Assembly: GCA_964582795.1 (NCBI GenBank)
Contig: CAZOTV010000008.1
Coordinates: forward strand, 1 to 63,142
Direction: 5' to 3'
Length of the DNA: 63,142 nt
From: an uncultured bacterium
GTDB taxonomy: Bacteria; Deinococcota; Deinococci; Deinococcales; Trueperaceae
Shown: in pieces, positions 1 to 10,045 of the stretch
Layout of the letters: each line of letters begins with the position of its first letter
Numbering within the stretch: position 1 is the stretch's first letter
Translations under genes and position numbers: made by a program
Notes under the pieces: generated by a model
What the model was told of the DNA's origin: nothing
What the model saw: the letters and a program-made list of their open reading frames with translations, nothing else
The model's database searches: none

Positions 1-1259
1 GCAGCGAACGCCATGAGATGACTCTCGATCGAGACGCCGAGACTGGTGGGCGCGCGCCCCGACGTCGGTCGCCGGACGCGCGCGAGGAAGTCGAGTAGCA
101 GCGCCTCGTCGGCGCCGCGGTGGCCTTCCTCGGCCGCCACGCTCACGCGTTCGGTCGAACCGGTGGCGAAGTCGTGCACCTCGAGGTCGCCGTGCTCCAT
201 GGCGCCGTGGATCTCGCCGTTGGTGCCCATCAGGTGCACGGTCCTGGTGTTCGCCTCGGTGAACGCGCTCACTACCAACGCGGCTACCACCCCGCCTTGG
301 AACGACAGCGCCACGGTCTGGTGATCTGCGACGTCGTTGTCGCAGCGGTAAACACAGCGGCCGTATGGTCCCGAGCGCAACGCTCGTTCGACGCGTTCGG
401 GCGTCGGGTCGGCGACGACGACCGTGTTCGGCCACCGCGCCTCGCCGCCGAAACGCTCGAGGTAGATGCGTCTGGCCGAGTAGGGGCAGGCGCGCTCCAC
501 GGCGCACCCGTCGAGGCAGCGTTCGGTCGAGCCCACCGGCGCGTTGGCTGTGCGGAAGTGGTGTAGACCGCCGAACGACGCCACTCGTTCGCACGGGCGG
601 TCGACCAGCCAGCGGATCAGGTCGAGGTCGTGACACGCCTTCGCGAGCAGCATCGGGCTGGCGTCGGCCTCCTTGCGCCAGTTGCCACGAACGTAAGAGT
701 GGGCGAAGTGCCAGTAGCCGACGTTCTCGGTGTGCACGACCTGGACGAGGTCTCCGATGCGGCCGCTAGCGACCAATGCCTTGAGCGTCGCGAAGAACGG
801 CGCATGACGAAGCACGTGCGCCACCGTGACGCGGCCGCGGGCGGTCGCTTCGAAGCGCGCCAGTTCACGCACCCCTTCCAAGGTTGGCGCGATCGGCTTC
901 TCGAGGAGCACGTCGTATCCGAGCGCCAAGGCGGCCTTGGCCGGAGCGACATGCTCGGCGTCCGGTGTTGCGATGACGACCGCGTCGGCGACACGGCCCC
1001 CGCCGAACAGGTCCTGCCAGGTGGCGTGCACGGCGCCAGCACCGAGCCGGTGGCGGAGCGCGAAGCGTTGGCGCTTCTCGGGGTCGGGTTCGGCCACCGC
1101 GACGATGCGCGCGAGGTCGGGGTGCTTCGCGCATCCTTCGGCGTAGACGTCGGCGCCGCGGTTGCCCGCGCCGATGATGGCGATGGTGACGGGCGCGTCG
1201 GACGGGTTCACGTCCGACGCGCTCGCGGGGGCACCGTCGACCGCCTCGGCGCCCGTCAT
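1..1259 (-). CDS. Gfo/Idh/MocA-family NAD(P)-dependent oxidoreductase (3' end runs off the window; absent from supplied ORF track)
   Basis: Own minus-strand translation from ATG at 1259: MTGAEAVDGAPASASDVNPSDAPVTIAIIGAGNRGADVYA (Rossmann GxGxxG), later GYDVLLEKPIA (EKP motif). Frame stays open to position 1. The ATG overlaps the sbcC stop (ATGA). Confidence 0.8.
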   Translation of the reverse strand, partial: MTGAEAVDGAPASASDVNPSDAPVTIAIIGAGNRGADVYAEGCAKHPDLARIVAVAEPDPEKRQRFALRHRLGAGAVHATWQDLFGGGRVADAVVIATPDAEHVAPAKAALALGYDVLLEKPIAPTLEGVRELARFEATARGRVTVAHVLRHAPFFATLKALVASGRIGDLVQVVHTENVGYWHFAHSYVRGNWRKEADASPMLLAKACHDLDLIRWLVDRPCERVASFGGLHHFRTANAPVGSTERCLDGCAVERACPYSARRIYLERFGGEARWPNTVVVADPTPERVERALRSGPYGRCVYRCDNDVADHQTVALSFQGGVVAALVVSAFTEANTRTVHLMGTNGEIHGAMEHGDLEVHDFATGSTERVSVAAEEGHRGADEALLLDFLARVRRPTSGRAPTSLGVSIESHLMAFA

Positions 1260-4240
1260 GCGTCGATCCGGACCACGAACCGGCTGCCGACCTCGGCGCG
1301 CTCGACCAGCAACTGGGCGGGGATGCGCCTTTTCATCTCGTCGACGTGGGTGATGATGCCCACCAGTCGGCCGTCCGTGGGAAGCGTGCGCAGGACCTCG
1401 ACGACGGTGTCGAGCGATCGCGCGTCGAGGCTGCCGAAGCCCTCGTCGATGAACAGCGCGCCAAGCTCGCCGGCGCCGCTGGTCCGCTGGGCGCTCTCAC
1501 TCAAGCCCAGCGCCAACGCCAGGCTGGCGAGGAAGCCTTCGCCGCCCGAGAGGGTGTGCACGGGACGCCGCTCGCCACCAGAGAAGTTGTCGGCGACCTC
1601 GAGCTCGAGTCCGCGGCTGCTCGCGACGTCCTCGCGGTCCACGAGGTGGAGGGCGTAGCGGCCATCCGTCATGCGCGCCAAGTGCCGGTTGGCGATGTTC
1701 AGCACCGAGGCCACGATGCTCTGCAGCACGTACGTCTCGAGGTCGATGCGGGCGCGCCCGCGTACCTGGCCCGAGGCGAGGTCGCGCAGCTTCTTGGCCG
1801 CGTTGACCCGCGCTTCGATCTCTGCGTACCTCGCCGAGACCTTGACGAGTTCCTCGGCGATACGCGCGAGCCGCTCGTGCTCCGACACCGCCCTCGTGTG
1901 GGCCTCATCGGCGCCGCTCCAGGCGGACTCGGCAACGGCGAGCGCGCCCTCCAGCGCCTCGAGGTCGGGCGCCTCGACGCCTTCGAGCTCGCGCTCCTTC
2001 GCCGCGAGTTCCGTCTCGACGCGGGTGCGTTCGGCCTCGAAGGCCTCGATCCGTCGCTTGCCTTCCTGCCGCTTCTCTTCGGGCATGGAGGCAGCGTCGA
2101 GCGCCGCCTCGTCGGCGAACCCTTCGGCGGCCAGCCGCTCGTGGAACTCCCGTTCGGCGGTCCGCGCGTTCTCTCCCGCCTCGCTGAGCTTGCCGGCCAG
2201 TACGGCGTGTCGCTGTTCCGCCTGACCCCTGAGCTCCCGCGCTTCGCCGGCCGCCGTGCGGGCGTGCTCGTGGGCGGCTTCGAGCGTCTGGACGCGCTCG
2301 CGCGCGGCCTCGAGGCGCGCTTCGTAGGCTCCCTCGTCCTGCAGGTCGGGTTCCACCCGCGCTTCGATGTGGGTCACCTGGCCCTCGAGCACCCCGACCT
2401 TCTCCTGCAACGCGGCGATCTGCGTCGCCGCTTCGACGTCGGCAGCGGTGATCTGCGCGAACTCCTGCTCGAGCCGCTCCGAGTCCGGGCCGAGCTCCGC
2501 CAACCGCTCGCGCGCGCGCGCGACCTCGACGAGGCGTTCGTTCACCGCGCCGAGCTCCGCAGCGACGACGCTGGCGTCCGGCAGGTCGCTCGGCTCCCAA
2601 CCCTGCGAAGCACACTGCTCTTCCACTACCTCCCGGGCGTGCTCGATGCGAACGACGATGGCAGCGGCGCGTCCGCTGGCCGCGGTGTGCTCGTCGAAGA
2701 ACCGCGCCATGTCGTCGACGCCGACGGGGGCGTGCGGCGCAGGGTGATGGTGGCTCCCGCACACCGGGCAGGGGACGTCGTTCGCCAAGTCGGCGGCGAG
2801 CATGCCAGCAGCACGTTCCCGCAGCCGTTCGAGCCAGCGTTCGCCCTCGAGCGTCGGCGCCTGGGCGTCCTGCAGTTGGCGCCGGGCGTCGTCGATGGCG
2901 TCCTGCTGCTTGGCGATGGCGCCCAGCGCGGCGACGCGCCCCTGGAGGACGGTCTGACGTCTGACGAGCTCCGCTTCCTTCGCGGCCACGGCCTCGAGAC
3001 CCACTCGCTCCTGCTGGAGGGTGCCGCGCTCCTCGCGCAGCGCTTCCAGGCGGGCGCCGTTCTGCCCGCGCGAGCGTTCTCGTTCCTCCAGCCGTTCCCG
3101 TGTGGCGGCCAGCTCCTGCCGCCGGGCGCGTAGGTCTTCCAACTGAGGGGCCAGGATCTCGAGCGCTCGCACGGTCTCCTTGGCGACGGTGCGTTCGGGT
3201 TCACGGGTTCGTTCCGCTTCGAGGCGTTCGTTCGCCTGCGCCAGAGCTTGCTCCGCGTCGGCCAAGGCCCTCGCCGCCTCGGTGGCCTCTTCGCGCGCTC
3301 CAGCCAGGGCCACCTGCGCTCGACTGTGCGACGCGCGGCGGTCTTGGACGCGTTCGGCGCGGTCGGCCATGGAAAGGCGCGCCTTGTCGGCCGCGACGGC
3401 CTCCTCCTGGGCCCGCAGACCCGCACGCCGTTCGCGCAGCGCGTGAAGGTCCGCGATGCTCTGTTGGACGCGCTTGCCCGCATCGAGCGACGCGCGCGCG
3501 GCCGTCCGCGCGGCGTCGGCCTCGGTCCGCCTCGTCTCGCATGCGCGCCGTTCGTCGAGCGCGGCGTCGGCCTTCGCCTGCAACGTCGGGGCGTCGTCGA
3601 CCCCCGCGCTCTCGAGCAGCTCCGTCCGGCGCTGCATCGTCTGGGCGCTCTCGCTCTCGAGGTCCTTCGCCTTCTGCCGGATCCGGTCGGTGAGGCGCGT
3701 GAAACGTTCCGTGCGGAACACCCGCGAGAGCACGGAGCGTCGCGTCGCGTGATCGGTGACCACCTTGCGGAACTCGCCCTGGGGAAGGAGCACCGTCTGA
3801 CGGAACTGCTCGACGTTGGTGTGAAGCAGCTCCTCGATGGCGCGGGTGACGTCGCCGGTCTTGGTGGCGATCACGTCGCCACGGGTGACGTCGACCAGCT
3901 CGGCCTCGGGCGGCACCTGCGTGAGGCCGTCGCCACGCTGCTTGCGGCGCGTCTGGGCGGGGCGACGGCTGACACGGTAGTGCGTGCCGTGATGCTCGAA
4001 CTCGAAGCTGACGGCGGTCTCGGCGCCGGGGTCGAGCGTCGAGACGAACTCGGTTCCGCCGCGCTCGACGTTGCGTGCGTCGAAGAGGGCGTACACGATG
4101 GCGTCGAGCAGGGTGCTCTTGCCGCTTCCGGTTGGGCCGTGGATGAGGAACAGGCCGTACGGCACGAAGGGCTCGAACGACACCACCTGCCGCTCGAGGT
4201 ACGGGCCGAACGCCTCCAGGGTCAGCCGGATCGGTCTCAC
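1256..4240 (-). CDS. sbcC: SbcC/Rad50-family double-strand-break repair ATPase
   Basis: 994-aa ORF. N-terminal Walker A HGPTGSGKST, long Ala/Glu/Arg coiled-coil region, zinc hook CPVCG, C-terminal signature LSGGE and Walker B LFIDEGF. Start overlaps the sbcD stop. Confidence 0.92.
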   Translation of the reverse strand: MRPIRLTLEAFGPYLERQVVSFEPFVPYGLFLIHGPTGSGKSTLLDAIVYALFDARNVERGGTEFVSTLDPGAETAVSFEFEHHGTHYRVSRRPAQTRRKQRGDGLTQVPPEAELVDVTRGDVIATKTGDVTRAIEELLHTNVEQFRQTVLLPQGEFRKVVTDHATRRSVLSRVFRTERFTRLTDRIRQKAKDLESESAQTMQRRTELLESAGVDDAPTLQAKADAALDERRACETRRTEADAARTAARASLDAGKRVQQSIADLHALRERRAGLRAQEEAVAADKARLSMADRAERVQDRRASHSRAQVALAGAREEATEAARALADAEQALAQANERLEAERTREPERTVAKETVRALEILAPQLEDLRARRQELAATRERLEERERSRGQNGARLEALREERGTLQQERVGLEAVAAKEAELVRRQTVLQGRVAALGAIAKQQDAIDDARRQLQDAQAPTLEGERWLERLRERAAGMLAADLANDVPCPVCGSHHHPAPHAPVGVDDMARFFDEHTAASGRAAAIVVRIEHAREVVEEQCASQGWEPSDLPDASVVAAELGAVNERLVEVARARERLAELGPDSERLEQEFAQITAADVEAATQIAALQEKVGVLEGQVTHIEARVEPDLQDEGAYEARLEAARERVQTLEAAHEHARTAAGEARELRGQAEQRHAVLAGKLSEAGENARTAEREFHERLAAEGFADEAALDAASMPEEKRQEGKRRIEAFEAERTRVETELAAKERELEGVEAPDLEALEGALAVAESAWSGADEAHTRAVSEHERLARIAEELVKVSARYAEIEARVNAAKKLRDLASGQVRGRARIDLETYVLQSIVASVLNIANRHLARMTDGRYALHLVDREDVASSRGLELEVADNFSGGERRPVHTLSGGEGFLASLALALGLSESAQRTSGAGELGALFIDEGFGSLDARSLDTVVEVLRTLPTDGRLVGIITHVDEMKRRIPAQLLVERAEVGSRFVVRIDA

Positions 4241-5502
4241 GTTCGCACGCTCCCGTCGTCCGCCGTGGCGGTCGCCTGGTCGACGGGTTCGTCGTCCGCG
4301 GTCAGGACCTCCCGCAAGAGCTCCTCCTCCAGTTGCGACATGTCGGCATCGAAGACGTGACGGTAGAAGGCGCGGAACGCCTCCTCGGTACCCACGCGAT
4401 GCGCGTCGCCGTCGAAGCCGATGCGCTCCGCCGTGACTTCGATGGCCGGCTGCTGCAACAGCGCGTTGGGGTAGTACTCGCGCAGCCGGGCCACGGCATG
4501 GTCGATCGGGCCGCGGTCGGTGACCCGGACCAGCAGGTAGTCGTGCCGCTCGTCCTGCGGAACCGTGGCCGCGCCTTCCAGCACCTGATCGAAGCTCACC
4601 CCCTCGATCACGCGCACGCGCCTTCTCGCCTCGATGGGCACGCTGCGCACGCTGCGCACGCTGCGCACGCTGCGCTCGCTGGTGGCGCCGCCTTCGAAGG
4701 TGACCACGTCGACGCTCTTGGTGGACCCGGCTTCCGAGAAGGCGTACGGGTAGATACTGCCGGCGTACCGCACGGGCGACCCGGAACGGACCAGGTCGCG
4801 CCCGCCGTGGATGTGCCCAAGTGCGACGTAGTCGAACCCGGCCAGCGTCGCGACACGCACCGTTCCCGCGCCGCCGACCACGATGGCGTCTTCACCCTCC
4901 GGTTCCTCGCCGCCACCTTCCACGAAAGCGTGCGCCATCAGGACGCTCGGCCGGTCCTCGGTGCGAGCAGCGCGGACGCGCCGGAGCACGCGCTCCATGG
5001 CGAGATCGTACGAAGCGTTGGGATCCCATGGCGCAGGGTCGTCCCCCTTCCCCTCGCGGCCAGCGGCTTCGCCCGCGGCCGCTTCCGGGAACGCGGCGCG
5101 AACGTGAGCGGGCTTGTGGAACGGCACGCCGAAGACCTCGATACCGGCCACCTGTACGGGCACGTGGCACTCGCGTAGGTCGTGCAGGATGTGAAGGCCG
5201 GTTGGGCGCGCCACACGGGCGTTCACCGCCAGCCGCTCGGGGTGATCGTGGTTGCCTGGGATCGCGACGAGTGGCACGCCGCGCTCCACCACGAGTTCGT
5301 TCACGAACCAAGACCACGTCTCGAGCGCGCTCAAGGGCGGGACGGGCGTGTCGAACACGTCGCCTGCCAGAAGCACCGCGTCGGGCGACTCCCGATCGAC
5401 GACCGCGAGCATCGCCGCGAGTGCCTCTCGCTGCTCGGCGTCGAGCAGGAACCCGTTCAGTCGCTTACCAAGGTGCCAGTCGGCGGTGTGGATGAGCTTC
5501 AC
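4237..5502 (-). CDS. sbcD: SbcD/Mre11-family nuclease
   Basis: Phosphoesterase motifs IHTADWHLG, LLAGDVFD and IPGNHDH. I prefer the GTG at 5502 (VKLIHTADWH) because AGGGGGA lies about 6 nt upstream. The track ORF extends in frame to 5565. Confidence 0.88.
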   Translation of the reverse strand: MKLIHTADWHLGKRLNGFLLDAEQREALAAMLAVVDRESPDAVLLAGDVFDTPVPPLSALETWSWFVNELVVERGVPLVAIPGNHDHPERLAVNARVARPTGLHILHDLRECHVPVQVAGIEVFGVPFHKPAHVRAAFPEAAAGEAAGREGKGDDPAPWDPNASYDLAMERVLRRVRAARTEDRPSVLMAHAFVEGGGEEPEGEDAIVVGGAGTVRVATLAGFDYVALGHIHGGRDLVRSGSPVRYAGSIYPYAFSEAGSTKSVDVVTFEGGATSERSVRSVRSVRSVPIEARRRVRVIEGVSFDQVLEGAATVPQDERHDYLLVRVTDRGPIDHAVARLREYYPNALLQQPAIEVTAERIGFDGDAHRVGTEEAFRAFYRHVFDADMSQLEEELLREVLTADDEPVDQATATADDGSVRT

Positions 5503-5666
5503 GTTGGATCCCCCTGACACCGTGGATGCGTCACCGGCACCCGTTCGCCGCACTCGCCGGCGCATCGGTTCTCGACGAACGCTACCCTAGCCCGCGCTTG
5601 CGACAGGTAGTGACGCACTCGGATCGCTGCAGGCCGCTGCCGTGCCCCGCGAGCCACCGCGTTCGA

Positions 5667-5744
5667 ACCGTCCCGAACGGCGCGTGACGACGTTGCTCGC
5701 GAACGGCGCGTGACGACGACCGTCCCGAACGGCGCGTGACGACG
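5667..5744. repeat. 26-bp tandem repeat x3 in the intergenic region between the LysE gene end and the sbcD start
   Basis: Units accgtcccgaacggcgcgtgacgacg / ttgctcgcgaacggcgcgtgacgacg / accgtcccgaacggcgcgtgacgacg. Units 1 and 3 are identical, and the period is exactly 26 bp. Confidence 0.9.
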
Positions 5745-5773
5745 TCGCACGCGAGCAGCGCACGACGCCAACG

Positions 5774-6430
5774 TCACGGGGCGGTCGACGATGCCATGCC
5801 ATGCGGTCCGCTGGCAGCGGCAAGAACGCCGAGCCCAAGGTAGATGCCGCCCGTGATCCAGCGCTGCATGCGCACGGCAGCGGCACTGCGCCGCATGAGA
5901 CCACCGAGCCACCCTGCGCTCAGCGCGTACATCGAGTCCGTCACCGCGGCCATGCCGCAGAAGATCGCCCCGAGCACGAGCACCTGCCCGGCCACGGCGC
6001 CCTTCGCCGGGTCGACGAACTGCGGGACGAACGCCAACACGAAGAGCGCCAACTTCGGGTTCAGTAGCGTGACGAGCACTCCCTGCGCGGCGATCCGCCC
6101 CAACGACCTCGGGGCTGCCACGGGTGGAGGCGCGCCCTTCGCATCACGGCGGAGCAGCGTGCGGAGGCCCAAGAAGGCGAGGTACGCCGCCCCTGCCCAC
6201 TTGAGGATCGCGAACGCCGTGGCCGACGCCGCCAGCAACCCGGCCAAGCCCAGCGCCGCTGCCGTGAAATGCAGGAACCCGCCGGCGCCCACGCCCGCTA
6301 CCGACGCGAGGCCCGCCGCGCGGCCCTGACGGAGGGAGAGCGCCACCACGTACAACACCGAGGGCCCCGGCACCACCAGAAGGGCCAAGCAGGCCAGCAC
6401 GTAGATCGCGAGGGACGCAGGTTCGGACAC
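5774..6430 (-). CDS. LysE/RhtB-family amino-acid exporter
   Basis: Hydrophobic 218-aa product with a typical family N-terminus (VPGPSVLYVV). GTG at 6430 is preceded by GGAGG at 6-nt spacing. The 374-aa track ORF upstream of this point is Arg/Ser-rich junk. Confidence 0.8.
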   Translation of the reverse strand: MSEPASLAIYVLACLALLVVPGPSVLYVVALSLRQGRAAGLASVAGVGAGGFLHFTAAALGLAGLLAASATAFAILKWAGAAYLAFLGLRTLLRRDAKGAPPPVAAPRSLGRIAAQGVLVTLLNPKLALFVLAFVPQFVDPAKGAVAGQVLVLGAIFCGMAAVTDSMYALSAGWLGGLMRRSAAAVRMQRWITGGIYLGLGVLAAASGPHGMASSTAP

Positions 6431-6478
6431 AAGGAGCCTCCGGCGACGATCATACGTCCCGGAAAGCACACTAGGTAC

Positions 6479-6507
6479 TTGCATTGCAAAGCAACGACTT
6501 CTATGAT
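6479..6507 (+). promoter_or_regulatory. Candidate sigma-70-type promoter (TTGCAT-17-TATGAT) with an overlapping palindrome TTGCA-T-TGCAA, upstream of marR
   Basis: AT-rich island in GC-rich DNA between the divergent LysE and MarR genes. The spacer is 17 nt. The 5-bp inverted arms lie at 6479-6489. Confidence 0.45.
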
Positions 6508-6587
6508 GGACCCCGTCGCGCTCCGGCCGAGCCACTGACGGTGGCGTGATGACGAACGCGACCTCGTAGCGAACAGGAAGGAGCCGG

Positions 6588-7016
6588 ATGCCAAACCTCT
6601 CCCCCATGGAACGGCGTGCTTGGCGCGGGTTCCTCGACACGCACGCGGAGATCTGGAAGCGCCTCGATGCGTTGTTGGCGCAAGACGACCTCAACATGCC
6701 GGCGTACGAGCTCTTGTTCACACTGCAGGAAGCCGGCGATGCCGGGATGCGCATGACGGAGTTGGCGAGAACGCTGCGCTTCTCGGGCGGCGGCCTCACG
6801 CGCCTCTTCGACAAGCTCGAACGGCGCGGGTCGGTCGAACGCCGGCCGTGCCCCATCGACGGCCGTGGGTTCGAAGCGGTGCTGACGCCGGCCGGCAAGC
6901 GCGAGCTTCGTCGTGTCCACGCGAAGCACGTGCGCCAGGTGCGCGCGCAGTTCCTCGACCGCCTCGAACCCGACGATCTCGAAGCACTGGCACGCGTCTG
7001 GTCGAAGCTCGCCTAG
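6588..7016 (+). CDS. MarR-family transcriptional regulator
   Basis: 142 aa with a winged-HTH core ([38 protein letters not shown]). Divergent from the LysE exporter gene. Confidence 0.85.
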   Translation: MPNLSPMERRAWRGFLDTHAEIWKRLDALLAQDDLNMPAYELLFTLQEAGDAGMRMTELARTLRFSGGGLTRLFDKLERRGSVERRPCPIDGRGFEAVLTPAGKRELRRVHAKHVRQVRAQFLDRLEPDDLEALARVWSKLA

Positions 7017-7080
7017 CTCTCGCAGCGACCGGAGCCCGACGAGCACCGCTCGTCGCGCCGGCGCTCCCCTGGAGACACTC

Positions 7081-8052
7081 ATGGACCTGTATCTCGGCGG
7101 TTTCCACCACCTCACGGCGATCTCGGCCGACATCCGAGGGAACAAGCGCTTCTTCACCCAGACGCTCGGCATGCGCCTGGTGAAGCGCAGCGTGAACCAA
7201 GACGACGTCAGCGCGTACCACCTCTTCTATTCCGACGGGGTCGGCAGCCCGGGCAACGACATCACCTTCTTCGACTGGCCGGCGCCGCGCGAGCGTCGCG
7301 GCAACCGCAGCGTCACGCGCACCGGGCTACGCGTTGCCGGCGAAGCGAGCCTGCGTTACTGGCTGGCCCGCTTCGCGGAGCTCGGCGTTCCCCACGGCGA
7401 CGTCACCGATCGCGACGGACGATTGGCGCTCGACTTCGAGGATCCGGAGGGCCAGCGACTGGCCTTGGTCGACGATGGCGGTGCCGGCGACCCGCCCGTG
7501 CCGTGGGACGCTAGCCCCGTGCCGGCCGAATACCAGATCCGGGGGCTCGGGCCCGTCGTGATGACGGTGCCCGAACTTGCGAACACCGACGCCGTGTTGC
7601 AGCGCGTCACGAACATGCAGCCCGTGCGCACGTACCCCGATCCGGAGAGCCGCGAGCACACCGTGCACGTCTACGACATGGCCGACCCTGGCGCGGGAAG
7701 CGGAGCGCATGCGGAGCTGCACGTCGCCGTGCGGCCGGACCTGCCGCCGGCCGGGAGTGGCGCAGGCGGCGTGCATCACGTCGCGTTCCGCACGCCGAAC
7801 GGCGAGCAGTATCAGGCATGGGAGGAGCGCTTGCGGGCGTTCGGGATCCCCAACAGCGGCCAAGTCGACCGCTACTACTTCCGTAGCCTGTACTTCCGCG
7901 AGCCCGGCGGGGTGCTGTTCGAGATCGCCACCGACGGACCCGGCTTCGCCGTCGACGAAGACGCCTCGACCCTCGGTGAGAAGGTCGTTCTGCCGCCCTT
8001 CTTGGAGCCCCGGCGCGAGCGCATCCTGGCGGGCCTGAAGCCCATCGACTGA
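7081..8052 (+). CDS. Ring-cleaving dioxygenase, VOC/glyoxalase superfamily (MhqO/YfiE-like)
   Basis: In-frame ATG at 7081 ([42 protein letters not shown]). Second VOC repeat with [25 protein letters not shown] near the C-terminus. Confidence 0.8.
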   Translation: MDLYLGGFHHLTAISADIRGNKRFFTQTLGMRLVKRSVNQDDVSAYHLFYSDGVGSPGNDITFFDWPAPRERRGNRSVTRTGLRVAGEASLRYWLARFAELGVPHGDVTDRDGRLALDFEDPEGQRLALVDDGGAGDPPVPWDASPVPAEYQIRGLGPVVMTVPELANTDAVLQRVTNMQPVRTYPDPESREHTVHVYDMADPGAGSGAHAELHVAVRPDLPPAGSGAGGVHHVAFRTPNGEQYQAWEERLRAFGIPNSGQVDRYYFRSLYFREPGGVLFEIATDGPGFAVDEDASTLGEKVVLPPFLEPRRERILAGLKPID

Positions 8053-8285
8053 CGGCGCGAACGAAGACCGCGCCGCGTCACCGTCACGGCAGCGGCCCGG
8101 GCCACCCCGCACCGTGCGTCACAGCACACTCGGAGTGCCTCACGTAGGCTACATAGCGATAGCCGCAGGCCGGGGCTGCGGGTGCGCCACGCGACGCCAC
8201 TCGTGCCCAGGACGAAACGCGCAGGGTCCGGCGCGGGAACCGCTCCGCGTCGAGCCACCCGGCTCCCGTACGAAGGCGGTGCCGC

Positions 8286-9194
8286 GTGACGAACCCCGCA
8301 ACGCACGACAAGGTCCGGGCACCGGACATGCGCGCGGCGTTCGCGTACTGCGCCGACGTCACGCGGCGGCACTCCAGCACCTTCCACTTCGGCTCCGCCC
8401 TCTTCCCACCGCTCCAGCGCCGAGCGGTGCGCGTCGTGTACGCCGTGTGCCGCAGTGGCGACGACGCCGTCGACGAGGCGCCGAACGCGGTCGAAGCCGG
8501 ACGCCGCTTGGAGGCGTGGTGGGAGCAGGTCGAGCGGGCCTACCGCGACGACGCCGACCTGGCGAGTCCGCTGGGCAGGGCGCTCGCCTGGCTGCTGGCG
8601 CGCTACGACGTGCCGTTCCAGGCGTTCGACGAACTGCGCCTCGGGCTCGTCAGCGATCTCACGCGCGAACGTGTCGACACCATCGACGAGCTCCTGCTGT
8701 ACTGCCGCCGCGTCGGCGGCGTGATCGGGTTGCTGGTCGCGCCGATCTGCGGCTTCCGCGGTGGGGACCAGACGCTGGCGGACGCGGTCGCGCTGGGCGA
8801 GGCGATGCAACTGACGAACATCGTGCGTGACGTGGGCGAAGACTTCGCTCGCGGCCGCGTCTACCTACCCACCGAACTGCTCGAGCGCTACGGCGTGACG
8901 GTCGTGGACCTGCGCAGCGGCGTTCCCAGCACGCAGTACCGGGCCCTGCTGCACGAACTCGTGGTGCTGGCCGACAGTCTGTACCGCCGCGGTTGGGGTG
9001 GAATCGGGAGGCTCCACGGCACGGCGGCGTGGGCGGTGGCGTTCGCGGCACTCAACTACCAGGCGATCTTGGCGAAGGTGGAGAAGAACGGCTATGACAA
9101 CCTCACGCGCCGCGCGTTCGTTGCGCCGCTGGAACGCGTCTCGCTGCTGCCTCGCACGGTCGCGCTCGTCCTGGCCGGGCGTGCCGGCCGGTGA
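8286..9194 (+). CDS. crtB: Phytoene synthase
   Basis: 302 aa. Asp-rich motifs CRSGDDAVDE and IVRDVGEDFARGRVYLP, plus the YCRRVGGVIG segment typical of squalene/phytoene synthases. Confidence 0.88.
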   Translation: MTNPATHDKVRAPDMRAAFAYCADVTRRHSSTFHFGSALFPPLQRRAVRVVYAVCRSGDDAVDEAPNAVEAGRRLEAWWEQVERAYRDDADLASPLGRALAWLLARYDVPFQAFDELRLGLVSDLTRERVDTIDELLLYCRRVGGVIGLLVAPICGFRGGDQTLADAVALGEAMQLTNIVRDVGEDFARGRVYLPTELLERYGVTVVDLRSGVPSTQYRALLHELVVLADSLYRRGWGGIGRLHGTAAWAVAFAALNYQAILAKVEKNGYDNLTRRAFVAPLERVSLLPRTVALVLAGRAGR

Positions 9195-9224
9195 GAACGC
9201 CAGGCGTATCGTCTCGTCCAGCCG

Positions 9225-10040
9225 ATGGCGTACGGTGTGGACGTCGGTGCCATGACCTACCTGCAGTTCCACCTCGTGTTCCTTCTACCTCCCATCGCGC
9301 TGCTTCTCTGGTTGGCGCGAAGCGACGCGCGAAGCAGGGTCCGTCCGGGTAGCGAGGACCCGCGCGTGCAGCGCGCTTCGCTCGGGGTTCTCGCACTGCT
9401 GGCGCTGGTCTACACCACCCCATGGGACAACTACCTCGTCTACCGCGGCGTCTGGGGCTACCCGCCCGGGCGTGTGGCGTTCACCATCGGGTACGTGCCG
9501 ATCGAGGAGTACCTGTTCTTCCTGCTGCAAACGGTGCTCACGGGCCTGATCCTGCTGGCGTCGTCAAGGCGACTGCCGTCGCCCGCCACGGAACCGTTGT
9601 CGCCGAAGGCAGCGATGGCGGCGCGCATCGTCGGCACCGCGGCGTTCCTGGCGCTCGCGGCGGCCGGGTTCGTGCTGTTGCGCTTCGAGTCGGGCCTCTA
9701 CCTCGGGCTCATCCTGGCGTGGGCAGCGCCCGTGGCGGCGATCCAGTGGGCCGCCGGGGGGCCCGAGCTGGTCCGGCACGCCCGCCTCGTCGGCACCGCC
9801 ATCGCCGTCCCGACCGTGTACCTGTGGCTAGCCGACCGGGCGGCGCTGGAACTCGGTATCTGGTGGATCTCACCCACCTTCACGACCGGCATCGCCCCGT
9901 TGGGGTTGCCGCTCGAGGAGGCGACGTTCTTCCTGTTCACCAACGTGATCGTGGTCCAGGGTCTGACCTTGTTCGTGCTGCTAGGACCGCGTTTGCGCGC
10001 TCGCTGGGTCGCGCTGCGCGCAGGCGGCGCAGGATCCTGA
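9225..10040 (+). CDS. Lycopene cyclase domain protein (fused CrtYc/CrtYd type)
   Basis: Polytopic membrane protein with two copies of the PxEE..FF motif (VPIEEYLFFLLQ and LPLEEATFFLFTN). Alternative start MTYLQF at 9252. Confidence 0.78.
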   Translation: MAYGVDVGAMTYLQFHLVFLLPPIALLLWLARSDARSRVRPGSEDPRVQRASLGVLALLALVYTTPWDNYLVYRGVWGYPPGRVAFTIGYVPIEEYLFFLLQTVLTGLILLASSRRLPSPATEPLSPKAAMAARIVGTAAFLALAAAGFVLLRFESGLYLGLILAWAAPVAAIQWAAGGPELVRHARLVGTAIAVPTVYLWLADRAALELGIWWISPTFTTGIAPLGLPLEEATFFLFTNVIVVQGLTLFVLLGPRLRARWVALRAGGAGS

Positions 10041-10045
10041 CCGGC

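Noticed and set aside
5655-5675. gttcgaacc resembling a tRNA T-loop, and a general look for tRNA or rRNA genes.
   Set aside because: There are no flanking complementary stems or cloverleaf. The motif belongs to the edge of the 26-bp tandem repeat region. No RNA gene signature was seen anywhere in the window.
8130-8170. Possible light-responsive (LitR/CarH-type) operator upstream of crtB around ctacatagcgatagc.
   Set aside because: There is no convincing inverted or direct repeat, and no B12-binding regulator gene in the window. The evidence is insufficient.
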